Shown here piece after piece: positions 1 through 17,100 of a stretch of 64,000 nt of DNA. The notes under the pieces are model-generated. The model ran no database searches, was not told where the DNA came from, and saw only the letters and a program-made list of their open reading frames with translations. Positions within the stretch are counted from its first letter, which is position 1. The number at the start of each line of letters is the position of its first letter. This stretch comes from Protoeuglena noctilucae (Eukaryota), in the NCBI GenBank assembly GCA_958009085.1, contig OY253684.1:372001-436000 (forward strand), written 5' to 3'. A program made the translations under genes and the position numbers.

Positions 1-247
1 AGGACTGACGGCGTGCTTGACTCGATGCCGCTGGGCTTGCGATTCCGCGATTGTTTGCCCTTGCGATGCTCGATGGCGTCCAGGCGCCTCGCTTGTCCCA
101 TCCGGCGTAGACGTGGGTGTTCGCAACCTGAAAGGGGGCAAACATAGCACGGAGGCAGGCATCGTGCACGCGCGGTGTCTGGTTGCAGATCAGACTGCCA
201 TTGGAACCACCTGGGCCAGCGGCTTCGCTGTCCCAGCGGCACCAGCA

Positions 248-3200
248 TGGAAGTGTTGCTGCGAGCCGCTGAGAACGCCGGCAGGATCGCCGTGGCGACG
301 CCGGCGGGCTCATGGAGGTATCTCGACATCCTAAGGTGCGAACATAGTCACATGCACGTCCTTCTGGGGGCTGATATTCAACTTGGTGGGCACGGCAGCG
401 AGCTCATGTGTGCGTTTTAAGTGATTTCCGCAGGAGCGCCGCGGCTTTGCTTCCAAAACTCCCTCGCGCCGACGACGAGTGGCCGCTCCTGGACCCTGAC
501 GCCGGAGGGTCGCCGTGGGCGTGGCTGGGGAAGGCGTTTGGGGCGCAGGAAAAGACTGGGTCGGGGCGGCTGCTATCTGGTGAGAATTTGGCCAGTACCT
601 GTGCCGACGCGACTTCGTTAACAGTCAATAAACGCGTGGCCATCGTCGATGCGCGCCATCGACCGACCCCGCATGCAGACCGCGACCGCCGCGACCTGCT
701 AAACTGGCAGATGCCAGAGCACCACTGCCTGTCCCGGGGCCCTGGGTGCAGCTGTGGGGTCCTCTGCACGTGGGGCGAGAGGCCCTTGGTCGTGGGGCCG
801 CGCGTGGCGTGCCTGATCAACCCAGGTGCGACCGGCCACGCCACCATCGCGCTTGCCCCTACTCTGCAGTCTCTGTACTACTAATACCTGTACTACTAGT
901 CCCTACGCTGCCCAGTTATCGCTCGTGCTACGACCTTTGCGTTTCTCTCGCAGGCCCGGAGCACGTTGCCGCCATGTGGGCCACCTTTGGCCGCGGGTGC
1001 ACGTTCGTGCCCCTCTCGCGCTCGCACTCCTTCCCCGCCATCGAGCGAACCCTCACCGACACACAGGCAGCGGCACTCGTCGGTGAGACGCGTGGCTACA
1101 CGATACCGATACCGATCCTATCCCTCACCACCCTGTGTACCACTGTACCTGAGTCACCCGACCCACCCCACCCCACCGCATATCAACCCCACAGTCGCCT
1201 CACCCCACCTCGTTTCACTTGCATCTCATGCGGACCCACTCCACCTCATCTCACCCACCCCACCTCACCCCCCGCACAGTCGACGAGGCCCACGCCTCCT
1301 CATCTCACCCCCACCACACTCCACCTCATCTCAACCCCCACCTCCCCGCACAGTGGACGAGGCCCACGCCTCCTCCCGCCTCGAGAGCCTCATCTGCGAC
1401 CTGGGCCACGAATTCATCGTCGTCCCTCGCCCGGCCCCTTGCGACACCGACACTCTGGCAAACGCTGAGGGTAAGACCCTCGAGGGCAGCACCCGGTCAG
1501 GGCGAGGTGCAGCTGAGGGATCGAGAAGTGGGCGGGAGTGGCCGGGTGTGAGGGCGGAGGAGGTGGGGGAGGTGGAGAGGCTGCAGTCGTGGGCGGGGCA
1601 GGTGCTGCGGCCTCTTCTGCGCAACGACCTTGGGGCGATGCTGCTGACGAGCAGCGGGGCGGGGGGTGAGTGCATGGGTGGTGGCGGTGAATGTGTGAAG
1701 TACCAATAAGGGTGTCAATGGGGGTGTCATCCGTCGTGCCTTGTCACGCATTGTACATGCCCATATCTATGTCTCATTTCTGACCAGACATAAACAGTCA
1801 CATCACGTTTTCCTCTGTCCGCGCTGTGCCCCCCAGGTCGCCCCCGCGGTGTCCTCCACACCCACGCCTCCCTCACCGCTCAGTGCGCCTCTCTTCGCAA
1901 TGCATGGGCCCTGAGTCCCTCAGACCGTGTGCTGCACGCCCTGCCCTTGCACCACGCGTTGGGGTCCGTGACGGCCATGCTCAGTGTGCACGTGGCAGGG
2001 GGGGCCGTGGAGTTCCTCAGGTGACCTGCTGTGCTGTGGTCATGGCGATGGCATCTATAGACGTATGCGAACCGTCTGTGTGGTAAATAATGAATTTGAT
2101 CGTTGCTTGGCTTACTTACTGTGGTGACTCGCTTCATCACGTTACGCAGCATGCGATAATGACCACATCAACCCCCCGCAGCGACCAAGGCCGTTTCTCC
2201 GCCACTGCCGCCCTGGATCGCCTGGCCACGCAAGCACCCGCCCCCCCGTCCGCCACCGCAACGCTCAGAGCCCCGCCTGTCTCACCACCCGACACCCGCA
2301 CCGCCATCTCAGCACTGGTGGGCGTACCGGTCATGTTCGACCGACTGGTAACAGCATGGGAAGAGATGGAGGGGGCGAGCAAGGACGCAGCCAAACGTGC
2401 TTTGGCCTCGCTGCGCCTGGCGAGGTGCGGGGGCGGCCCCTGCGGACCCCGAGTGCGAGAGGCGTGGTTTCATGCAGCTGGGTCGCAGTTGCAGGAGTTC
2501 TATGGGGCCAAGGCTGCAGGGCCTGTGCTTTTTGCGCAACATGTGGCGGGCAGAGACGCAGCCACTGCTGGCGGCGAGGGGGATGCAAAGGCTGGGATGG
2601 CTGGGGTGACTGGGATGGGTGGGCTCACAGGGATGGTCCCGCTTCCTGGGGTGAGCGTGCGGCTGGCGACGGCGGCGGAGCTGCGGGGAGCGAGGGCGGC
2701 GACGGTGGTGGATGTGGATGGGGAAGGGGCGGGGGTGGCAGAGGAGAGGGGTGTGGGGGAGACGGGTGGAGAGAAAGCGGGGGTGGTTAAGGGAAGTGCG
2801 GATGGGGAGGGTGTGGCGAGGGAGATGGGGCGTGCGGTGGGGGGTGCGAGTGCGGTGGGTGGGGCAAGCGAGGGTGTGGGCGAGGGTGCGGGAGAGGAGG
2901 GGGAGGTGCTGGTGTGGGGTCCTGGGGTGTTCCGTGGTTACTGGGACGACACTGAATCGACGAGGGCAGCGATGGTGGAGATGGGGGGGCGGGTGTGGCT
3001 GAGGACGGGGGATGTGGGGGTGCGCGTGGGTGGGGAGGGGGGAGATGAGGTGAGTGTATGGGTGTGGTGGGTGGGGAGGGGTTGACGAGGTGGGGTGGGG
3101 TGTGTTGGGTGTGTGGACGAGATGGTCTCTGTGCATTTGTTGTCACTAGCAGTACGTAATGATGCTTTCGATACTTACTGAGTTGCTCTCCCATATCTCT

Positions 3201-4059
3201 TTCCTGCAGTCGCAATATGCGGTGTTGGGGCGTGAGGGCCTGGACGTGGTTGTGAGGGGAGGGGAGCGGGTGGTGGGGGCGGAGGTGGAGGCAGCGCTGG
3301 GGGCACTGCCGGGCGTGAGGGACGCGGCGGTGGTGGGGGAGGCACATGAGGTGAGGGGTGCAGTGATTGTGGGGGGACAAGAGGTGGAGAGGTGCAAGGG
3401 TGGCACCCAGTCGCACCACGCATCCAGTCGCTGCATCATCCATACATCACCTCTCGCCATGGTAGTAGCTCTACAGTTGATACCGACTCCCATCTCCCAT
3501 CTCACTCACTAACGTTTCATACATCACCCCCCGACCCCAGACCCTGGGCCAGTCCCTGGTGGCCGTCCTGGCCATGCGCCCCGGCCACCCGGTTCTGACG
3601 ACAGCCCAAGTGCAAGAATTGCTGCGTGCCAGCGCCGATCTGCCCAGCCACGCCATCCCTGATCGAGTGGTCACCGTGGACCGAGTCCCACGCACCGCCA
3701 TTGGGAAGGCGAGGGTGGGGGGGTACTGGGGGTTTCATTTCATGAGACGATGACATGCGCACGTCTGTTCCATGAGCTCTCTGCTTGCTTACATCTGGTG
3801 TCATGACCATTCTGCTGTATACATGGATGCATGGATTGGTCACAGTAACCATGTGCGTGGTTGTATGTCACAAGTAGTATTGCGTTGGCATTTGTGTCAT
3901 GTGTTTCGTGTTTTTTACGTATGCTCATTTCATCTATGTCTAGCGCAGGTGGACAAGGCATCTCTCCTGGCGGAGGTGGATGAGTTTCTGGCGGTGGAAC
4001 AGGCGGCGGGGAAGGACGCCCGGGGAGGGGCGGGTCAGAAGGGGGCGCACACGGGGTGA
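248..4059 (+). CDS. AMP-binding acyl-CoA synthetase, malonate-CoA ligase (AAE13/ACSF3)-like, multi-exon, with divergent motifs
   Basis: Spliced peptides: MEVLLRAAENAGRIAV..., GPEHVAAMWATFGRGCTFVPLS, LLTSSGAGGRPRGVLHTHASLTAQ...DRVLHALPLHHALG, GVPVMFDRL, GEVLVWGPGVFRGYW, WLRTGDVG, GAEVEAAL, VPRTAIGK|VDK. Stop TGA at 4057-4059. Confidence 0.8.
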
Positions 4060-4743
4060 GGGGTTAAGGCGGGTTGCGACTAGTTGCATGGTGACATGGA
4101 TGGTTGCGATCATGTGATGAGTATGGTTGCACTAGGAGGGGCGGGTCAGAAGGGGGGGCACACGGGGTGAGGCGCATCAGCTCCACTGCTCGTCTCGGGC
4201 TCTTGATGCTGTCGTTTCATGGATGTTCCCACTGCAAATCGAAAATAAATAGGGCCGGTGCCTCCTCAACTCCCACCCTCGCGGTATGAGTAACCCCAAC
4301 ACAGCATCTGACATTCCCCGCAGCACGGCGGACTGCGAGGTGTGCCAGGGTGGGCCGTGCGCAGCGGCGGACAAGCCAGCCAAGTCCACGCACGCGACGG
4401 AGAGGTGGATGTGAGGGAAGGGAGAGATGGGGATGTGCAAGGACTGCTCTTCCTCCTTTGCAATGTAATACCAAGGATGGTGCTTGAGAGAGCGCCGCCT
4501 GCACCTGCGTCCGTTTCCTCGCCATTTTCGCGCCGCACTGCAGCCACCCGCGTCCATTCTCTGTTCGCTTCGCTTGCGGCGAGCTCCGTTTGCACACCTG
4601 CAAACACGTTCACGTTGCACCCACACCACGCCCTGCACTACACTGGCATGCTCACTACAAACTGCGTGGGCACCGCTATCAAAGCTCTGTCGGAATATAG
4701 CGCACCCGCTGCATTTAACACTTCGTGCAGTTGACAACCGCGC

Positions 4744-6693
4744 CTAGGTCACGCTGCGCACACTGATGTTGATGCGGCATCCCTGCATGTACTCCGCCAC
4801 ATCCCTGCGCTCCCGCAGTGACCAGCCCGAGCTGCCAGGGGCCTCATATGTCGCGTCCGCACTATCCATCTCATGTCTCTTATCATCGTTTTCACCCACA
4901 TCCCTCGCACCCATGCCCTCGCCCTCGCACCCCCCCTCCACTGCTCTCCTGAGCCCCTCACACCCCTCCTCGGTCATGACCCTGGGCACTCCGTGAAACG
5001 CCATTCTCGCAGGCCCTGACATGACCACGACATCGCCCGACCTCAGCCTAAGGGCCACGGCGGGGTCGTCGCGAGACGAACCGCCCAGCACAAACACGGC
5101 ATCGCAGCCGAGGCTCAGGGCCACAAGGGGCTGAGTCAGGTCACGCTCGGCGTCGTCCTGGTGGGCCATCAGCGTATCGTGCTGCGGGCGGGGAAGGGGG
5201 GGAAGCGTCTGGGGATGCTGGCTTCCTGGCTGCGGATATCAAGGGAGAGTGGGAAGGCTCAAGACATATTGGCACATGTGATGTATTAAAGAAGCAGGAA
5301 ATGTACTGATGAAACAGGCTGGTCATTGTCATCACCTGTCGGTAGTAGTTGACGATGGCTGCGTCGGGGCGAAACCCCTCGCACGCTCTCCCCTCCTCAT
5401 CCCTGTCAACACCACACCCCCCTCCGACCCCATCTCCCCCCGCCAGGACACCGCACAGCCCCACCGCTTCCGCCGCCAGCCGTGCCAGAAACGGGGGCAG
5501 CGGCATGCAGGGCGAGTCTTTCAAGTACACCCGGCGGCCCCAGTCATAGGTGGGGCCGAGAGTCGACCACCGGAGGCGGCTGAGGAGACTGGAGGCCTGG
5601 GTGCCGCTGCCCGGGGGAAGGGAGCTTGATGCCGGGCTGGATGAGGGGGCAGGGTCGGGTGAGGGCGACGAAGGGGGCTCCCTGTCACCCTCAGTGACAC
5701 CGGCCTCCGTGTCGCGACTTCCCATGGCTGCCAGGCTTGGGCAGCCCGGCTCGCACCAATGCCAGGGGGACGTCCCAGTCTCACGCGACAACTGCAAAGG
5801 GTCCCCGTCGGTCCCAGACTCGCTGCCTGCTCCGCGCCCATCGCCCACATGCCCTCCCAGCCCATCTTGGCACCCGCCACATCCTGGGCACCCCCCCCAC
5901 GCACAACACGTCTGCCCCGGCGCCAGCACCCGGCCCTCCCGCGCTGCACGGAAGAGCCCCGGGGGCAGCAGCCCCATCGACCGCGCGTGGTTGGTGGCCG
6001 CGGGTGCGTCACAGAGCTGAAGGAGCACGTCGCAGCAGAGCGCGAGCTGCGTCGCGGGGGACAGGGCGCCGCGGAGGAGGACGTAGCCCGGGTAGCCGGA
6101 GAGAGCCCACACCTCCGCTTGAGGCGGGAAGAGCGAGGCAGTCGCAGCTGCAGCGGCGCTGTCGTAGCGGATCGTCTCTGCGCTCTCCACGGGCGCCGGA
6201 GGGACGAAGGCCGACGCGCGATAATCGCTGCAGGTGTTTGCGAGGTCCGGGTGGACCTGGGACCGGGGACGGCGCCAGCGCGTGCCTGTGACGCCGTGCC
6301 CCAGGTCGTGATGGGTCGCGTGCCACCCGCGGGGCGCGTCAGCAATCGGCGCTGGCTCCTCTTGCGCGGCTGCGTCGATGTCTTCGCCAAAGGCAGGCAG
6401 GTCGAGCAGCAGGGAGGGGTCGAGAGGGGCTGCGGCGCACGGGCGGGGTGGCGAACGTGGCTCGGATGCACGGACCGAATGCGCGCTGAGGAAGTCACTC
6501 TGCAATCGTCTCGTGACATATAAAGGTAACTGAACATCGACGGCACCATGAGCAATGCGTGGGCACGCGAAACATTGATCAGCGCGGCCCAGCTGCCTCG
6601 ATGTTTGCGATGCACCGAACACGCACCTGTTTTGTACTTCACGCATCGCCTGCGTCCCCGGCGCTCCTTGAACACGGGTTCCTGCCGCGCCAT
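4744..6693 (-). CDS. AlkB-family 2OG-Fe(II) dioxygenase, ALKBH1-like (start uncertain)
   Basis: LRWSTLGPTYDW, FRPDAAIVNYYRQ|HDTLMAHQDDAE (HxD), SLGCDAVFVLGG, LRSGDVVVMSG.AR.AFHGVPR (distal His), RINISVR. GT-AG intron at about 5182-5336. Confidence 0.85.
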
Positions 6694-7381
6694 GAGCGAC
6701 TTCTCTAACCTGCCGGGGTCGAACAGCAGCCAATTCCCGAGGGAGAGAGCCCTGCCCATGGCCGACTGCCGGGGAGCAAGGCCCACACCTGGCTGCGCAT
6801 ATTGTGTCAGGCAGCCGGCGGCTTCCTCACCTGCGGATGGCGGACGTGCTCTTGCCGTCCGCCGGCGCGTCCTGTGCGGCGTCGTACATGGCTGCACGCC
6901 ACACCCGACGCCAGCCAGCCCTGGAAAGGGTCGTCAGTGTGTCCTCATGGCATCCAACAGCCACTTTTGCTTGCAACGCAAACTCTCATGCTTGTCATTT
7001 GACGAGCGCTTGCAGGAAAGTGACAGACTCGGGCGAGCGCCAGATGACACATCAGCCCTGGGGCCGCGCGCTCCCCCTCAATGCAGGCCGACCTCGGAGT
7101 GCCGTGGCCAGTTGCATACCCACATTTGCCTGGCACACGATCGTCCCCGTCACTCTTGCTGCGAAGACGCACTTTCGGCCATCGCTGCGTGCCACTCGCC
7201 CTTGCCGCTCTTGACGCTGATCAGAGCATTTCGTGCTTGACCTCAGCAGCGTCGCCGCGCCCCTGGCTTCGCACCAGGTGATCTCCAGGCTGCGCATGGC
7301 TTCTTTTCGCGCGCAGTTTCACGAGGCCGCGGCACGGCCGTCGACCCGCGCAATCCATCTTCGTGCATCCAGAACGCGAGA

Positions 7382-7812
7382 ATGGAGATGCAGGAGCGAG
7401 CGGGCCGCGAGGCTGGATCGGGGCCGGCGGAAGCGGGCGCGGGGTCGTCGACCAGCTCTGCGAACAAGTCGCTCTGGCAGCGGCTGCAGGACGCCTGGTG
7501 GGCCGTCGACGAGTTCCTCGCCGACTTGATAGGGCTGAACAACCACAGGTGCGGCCCCTCCACCCACGCGTGTTCGCCCCTGGCGTCGGTGGCTCGACGC
7601 AAGTAGTTGAGCTCTCCGCTGCGCCCAGGTACGACTACGAGCTGCGTCGGGCGCTGTACATGGAGGAAGAGAAGCGGCGCGAGCTTGAGCGCATCGAGAA
7701 GCTGCGCGCGGAGCGGGAGCGGCGAGCCGCGGAGAGGGCCGAGATGGGCGGGAGCGGGACTGGCCCTGCAGACACCCCGGCGAGCTCGAGCTCGGCGCCG
7801 GCCCCGCAATGA
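7382..7812 (+). CDS. Small two-exon protein, possibly FAM177-like
   Basis: Intron 7549-7628 joins ...VDEFLADLIGLNNHR|YDYELRRALYMEEEKRRE. This resembles the FAM177 C-terminal pattern as I recall it. Confidence 0.4.
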
Positions 7813-7906
7813 GCCCCGTAATGGCTGCGAGTTCCGCTTCGCTATCTGCCGCGACGCATGCATGATGTCACTTCCACTTTCAATCCACACGAACAGGCAA
7901 GAGCCC

Positions 7907-11727
<3,821 letters not shown>

Positions 11728-13073
11728 ATGCTAAAAAACCCGTGGTGGAAGCACGTCGAGGGACCGTTCCCGACGTGGGAGGGCCCCCTGGTGAGAACTG
11801 CTGATGAACTGGATACTATGCTGCATGGCAGTGTCCACGACACGCAGTGGCGACGGGTCTTTGCTCGCGCAGGGGTGCAAGCCGGATGGAGGGGGCAGCC
11901 ACCGCGGACAGGGCAAGGTTGGGGCCATGGAGGTCCACAGAGCCGTGTATCGCAAGGATGCAGACGGTGCGTGCATCGCGGGGTTGCATCGTCGGTCCTG
12001 TGCGTGGCGGGCATGCCGTGGGAATACCAACGGTTTCGTGTCCCCCGCGTCCCCGGCGCCCGATGTTCTCGCATCTGCTGCGCGATAACGCAAGCCACGT
12101 TGCACATAGAATAGGCAGCGGGGACCATGCATGCAAGAGACTCGCTACATCCCTCGCACGCGGTCTCGGGAGCAACCTCGCAACGCTCGCCGCTCGCAGC
12201 GGTCCGGAAGGCCGTGGAGAACGGCGCGAGCGTGAACGAGGTCGAGGGAGCTGGGTGCACGCCGCTGCATAACGCGGCCTGGTGCGGGTGGCTCGAGGTG
12301 CGGGGGTATGCGCTCAGTGTGCGTCGGGCAGCTGTCGGCCAGGTTTGCCCGACGCCCTCTGCCCAGTCGTGCCCCTGGCTGACCTCGACATCGGACCCTT
12401 GATTACAGGGCGTTGAGCTGCTGCTGGAGCTCGGGGCCAAGATCGACGCGTCCAACAACGCCGGCGACCGCCCGTACCACTGGCGAGGGGCGCGCGTTCG
12501 CCCCCTCCACAACGTCCACAGCGTCGGCGTGTCTGCGTACTTACATACATAGCCAACTTGATGTCATGACTCTTGGGGTGTTCTTGACCCGCAGGGCCCT
12601 GCTGATGGACCACAAAGACGTCATGGACTTCCTGGTGGCCAAGGGCGCGACCACCGAGCGCGGCCAGGTCATCGTCCAGGCGAGTGGATGTCGGGACAAA
12701 CGACCTCGTGGCGGGCTCGCTCAACTGATACCTGGGTGCATGTCCAGCAGCAGAGATAGCTGGACAGGGTCCATGGCCACACCACCTGCAGGACCATACG
12801 CCCAAGGTCTGGGACTTCTTCAAGAAGGACTGCTGGGCCCACCACCCGAAGTGAGTACAGAGTGCCGTACCTGGGATGCGGACCGCGCCCTGCCTTGAGT
12901 TGGCGTGACCACGATGCGTGCACCGCGGCCTTCAAGCTTCATGGGTGCGGCGAGCCGCCTGATGCTGGTTTGCGCTGTAAGCACGCAGGCCTTACCAGGA
13001 CTTCATGGATTGGCGCCGCAAGAAGGACCAGGAGGAGCAGGAGGATGACAACAGGACCATCCCCGACATCTGA
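11728..13073 (+). CDS. Small ankyrin-repeat protein (7 exons)
   Basis: Spliced: MLKNPWW...GPL|GCK...MEVHRAVYRKDAD|AVRKAVENGASVNEVEGAGCTPLHNAAWCGWLE|GVELLLELGAKIDASNNAGDRPYHW|ALLMDHKDVMDFLVAKGA...|DHTPKVWDFFKK...|PYQDFMDW...IPDI*. Confidence 0.8.
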
Positions 13074-13130
13074 GCCTGAGCCAGACATCTGAGCCTTCCC
13101 AGGCTGGCAACGGATGGCACCCGAGTGCCG

Positions 13131-13135
13131 TGTAA
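13131..13135 (+). promoter_or_regulatory. Putative chlorophyte-type polyadenylation signal TGTAA (also at 19941-19945 and 49698-49702)
   Basis: TGTAA lies 60-250 nt downstream of the stop codons of three + strand genes. UGUAA is the known Chlamydomonas poly(A) signal. Confidence 0.4.
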
Positions 13136-14193
13136 ATGCGCCGCTCCGCCGCAGGTGGCCGCTGGCGATGCATAGCTTGGCTGCACCTGTCGGGGAAAGC
13201 TTTGCGCCCCTCTGCCATCGGTTTGCCGGGTCCTTGTCAAGGAGAATGCCTAGCTATGATTTCTCTCGCTTATGGAGTACTGTCAAGCTGCAGCAAATCC
13301 TCTCACGCATCCCGCTCGGCGCGGCACCAAGCGACAGCATCGCACGTGCCAGTGGACCGGGCACGCGTGCACGGATCCGCCCTTAGCTACCCCTCCGCGA
13401 CGCCCGCCACTCTACTGCGCGGTTATTCCGTCTGGTTGCCGCATCTGCCTGAAGGACCACTGGATGGGCGGGTTGTGACAGCGACGCGAGAGGGCGTGAC
13501 GAGACGCCCGGCGGGTCCCCGCGCCTGCCGGCGCCGCATCAGCAGGGACCGTCGCGCATGGACCTGGAATCCACGTCCGTTCCCCAGCCGGAGCGCTTCG
13601 CGCGGTTTTACTTCCCCATCCAAGGCACCCGCGCCACCCGGGGCTTGTGAGTCGCGCGCGACGGCTCCCGCTTCCCTCCCGTCGGCTCGGAGGAAAACCT
13701 TTGCTTGCGCCAGCGCCGCGTACATCGGCGCGCTTCAAACGGCGCCGAGCGGCTCCAGCAGGCCCGCGCATGCCGCCTGCCGGCCTCCCGCGCTCTCACC
13801 AGGCCGCGCCTCCGTGCTCGCAGCTTCACCGAGACTCCGGCTAAAAATGATTTCGTGGAGGGCGGGATCAATGCCGTGGGCCCACCCCTGAGCCTGACGG
13901 CGAAGCGGTGAATACGCTGCCCCGCAACGTTGCATGGTGCCGCAGCGTCTCTGTGCCACGCAGTCCGCTTTTGGGCATACCGTCGGATTTTCATCGCCGA
14001 TATCCTCGTATCCCGCGTGACCAGCGCCTCGAAGGACTGCTCGTTCGCGCTCCCGGCCCGCCGACCTGTGCCCACCTGTATTGCCGTGCATCGCGCGCCA
14101 GCGGTGCTTATCCGGCGCAGCGATTTGTTCAACCGCATCATCTTACTTTATTATTTCCCGCGGCGCCCCCGCAGGCCTCCGGAGGCCCCCGCG

Positions 14194-17100
14194 ATGGACA
14201 GGGAGACGCTGTCCAAGACGGGCGGCCTTCCGCCGCTCCCGACATTCCGCGCGTCGTCCGACGCGACCCCGACGCGGCCCAACACGCAGCAACAGAGCGA
14301 CCTGAGCGCGACGGGCACTTCGGCGGTCGTCGCGCCCACGCCCAAGCTCGCGGCGTCCCAGGCCCGCCAGTCGCACCCGCCGCTGCCCTTCTTCGGCCAC
14401 TTCGACGTCACCACGCCCTGGGACTTCGACCACCCGGCCGTGGACACCTCCGCCTACTCTCCGCAGCTGGGCTACTCGCGCTTCATGCTCGCGTTCGTGC
14501 CGCTGAGCCACGAGGACCCGACAGCCGGCACCGACGGCCTCAAGCTCCGCCCCGGCCCCGCGGACGAGCGCCCGCCGGCCGCGGCGCTCCCGGACGGCGC
14601 TTTCTCCGCGAGCGGCGCGCTGGCCCGCAAGTTCTCGTCGCTGCGCGTCGGGGACTCGGTGGAAATCAAGGAGATTGCCGAGTGGGCCGCGCGGCTCTAC
14701 CCTCGCGGCGTGCACGACCTCAAGCCCCTGCTGATCCTGTGCCAGGGCCTGCTGCGCGACGTGCTGGCGGAGAAGTACTCTTTCTACTGTGAGGAGATCC
14801 TTTTGCTGCGGGACACGCTGCGGGATACACAGGCGCGGTGGAAGGCGGACATCGAGGAGATGCAGAGGACGATCGAGCAGCTGCAGCAGAGTCTGTCGGA
14901 GCAGGAGGTCCGCGTGGGGGTCGTGGAGAAGTTCAAGGGGGCCATGGCCAAGATGAAGGAGGCGCAGCAAGTGCAGGAGAAGGCGAGGGGCGGGGGGCGG
15001 GCGTGGATGGGGACAGACAGCTGGCCGGGACTGATGTTAGGATTTCATCATTTGCGGTGTATTACACGTGCTTGCCGGCAGGTTGCTCAGACCCATGTGG
15101 CTGGCTCACCTCAGTAGCAGCCCATGCCGCTCTCCACGTGGCAACGCTCATGATCGGTTTCGATATTGATCTGCCTCGTCCATGTCCGCAGAGCGAATAC
15201 GACAAGAAGGTCAAGGAGATGCTGGCGCAGAAGGAGCAGAACCGGCTGAAGCTGGAGAGCATGTACGCGCAGGCGGTGGCCGACTTGGAGAAGAACAACA
15301 AGACCATCGATCAGCTGCGGCAGCAGGTCGAGAAGATGACCGACGAGGCGGGGGTGAGGGGCTGGGCGGGGTGGGGTGGGGTGACGGTCGCGGGGCTTGG
15401 GGAGTGGGGCGGTGGCAGCTTGGGTAGGGCTGGGTGGGGTGCTTTGCTAAGCATACCACCTGTGCAGTGCATGCCACCTGTGCTACCCATACCATCTCCC
15501 CAATGCCACGCATGCCACCTCGCGTCGTCCCTCCGCAGGTGGCGGACACTCGCATGAAGTCCCCGGAGCACCAGTCTAAGACGGACCAGCGCAAGCTGCA
15601 GGCGGCGCAGGCGCTGATCAAGAGGCTGCAGGAGCACCTGCGCAACAAGGCGCGGTTCATGAACATGGCCTTCCACGACGCGCGGATCGAGCAGTCGCTG
15701 CAGGGGCTCATGGAGGGGACGGGTGAGGGGAGAAAGGGGGAGGGGTAGATGCAGGGGGTGAGGGAGGCAGAGTTCAGATGGCGGAGTGCAGCTGCAGGCG
15801 ACAAGGGGCCGGGAGCAGGTGCGATAGGCTTCCACACTGTCCTCTCCTCCTTCTCTCAGAGGACCCCCGGGAGATCGCCAAGTGGATGCAGCGCAACGGC
15901 GTCCTGGCGTCCGCGCAGCTGCTGAACCTCCTGCAGGCGGAGCAGGCCTACAGCACCGTCACCGAGCTGCCCAAGGACTTCGCGGCCGGGGTCATGTCGG
16001 AGGCGACCGTGTCGGCGGTGGCGAAGATGGTCGAATTCGCCGCCAATTCGGGGCCCGCGGGGCCGGACCTGGCGCGCGCGCTCGCGGAGATCATGCAGGA
16101 CATGAGCCCCTCGCGCGTGGCTGCGGTCATGGCCGACCTGCCCGCGGACGTCTTCGAGGAGGTCTCGGAGCACTTCGGTGAGGATATTAGTGTCACAAAC
16201 ATTAGTGGAAAAGCGCGCGGGAGGTTCCGGGAGGCTTAGGCTTGTGCCCTGGCCTCCCACGTCGGCCAACAATTTCTACCACATCATGCTCCTCCCAAGC
16301 CTCCCCGCGTACGTCAAACTGCCCCAACCAGTTCTCAGCATAATATAAAATCGCTTTCCTCGCCCCTCGTCCCCGCAGCGTTCGCATTGGAGGAGAACCG
16401 CAAGAGCAACAAGCGCCGCGTCAAGTTCTTTGGCGGGGAGGGCGAGGACGAGGAGGACGTCGAGGTGGACTTCAAGCCGGAGGGGCTGCGGAGGATGGTG
16501 ACGGAGGCTAGGGACATGAAGGTGCTGCTCAGGTGAGAGGCAGAGCTTCACACAGGGCGCGTGGCGGGAAGGGAGCAGCTGCACCGTATATGTGTGATCA
16601 TGCCGAGAATTGCATCACGGCGATCGCAATGCAATTCCAGATTACCAAGACGCTCACCAAGCGCTTTGATACAACACCACATATCATCCACATCGCAAGC
16701 GACGATGCGAACGGTCGCGTCGCCCCCTCGTCCCTCCGCCCCTCGTCCCCACCGACCCGCCCCGCGCCTCCCGCACCCCCCGCAGGTCGGCGACGCAAGC
16801 CTGGGAGGATCTGGAAGACGTGATGAACGACGAGGACATGGGACTGAAAGAGGGCGAGGAGTTGGACAGGGACGGCAACGCGCCTCGTGTCCAGAAGGCA
16901 TTGGCGACTGTCAACAAGGCGGCCAAGCGTGCTGCGGACAAGATGAACGAGCTCGATCCCAAGGTCGTCGCCGAGATGATTTCCGACATGGAGGGGGGCG
17001 TGGCGGACGCCATCATGGACAAGATGGACCCACAGGCGAGTATAACGGTGTATGTACTTGGGTGTTCGTACTAGGTCAAGAGGGTATCGGATGTTGTCAT

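Noticed and set aside
13136..14141. Overlapping ORFs between the ankyrin gene and the large coiled-coil gene
   Set aside because: No recognisable motif or consistent splice model. Long ORFs arise by chance at this GC content.
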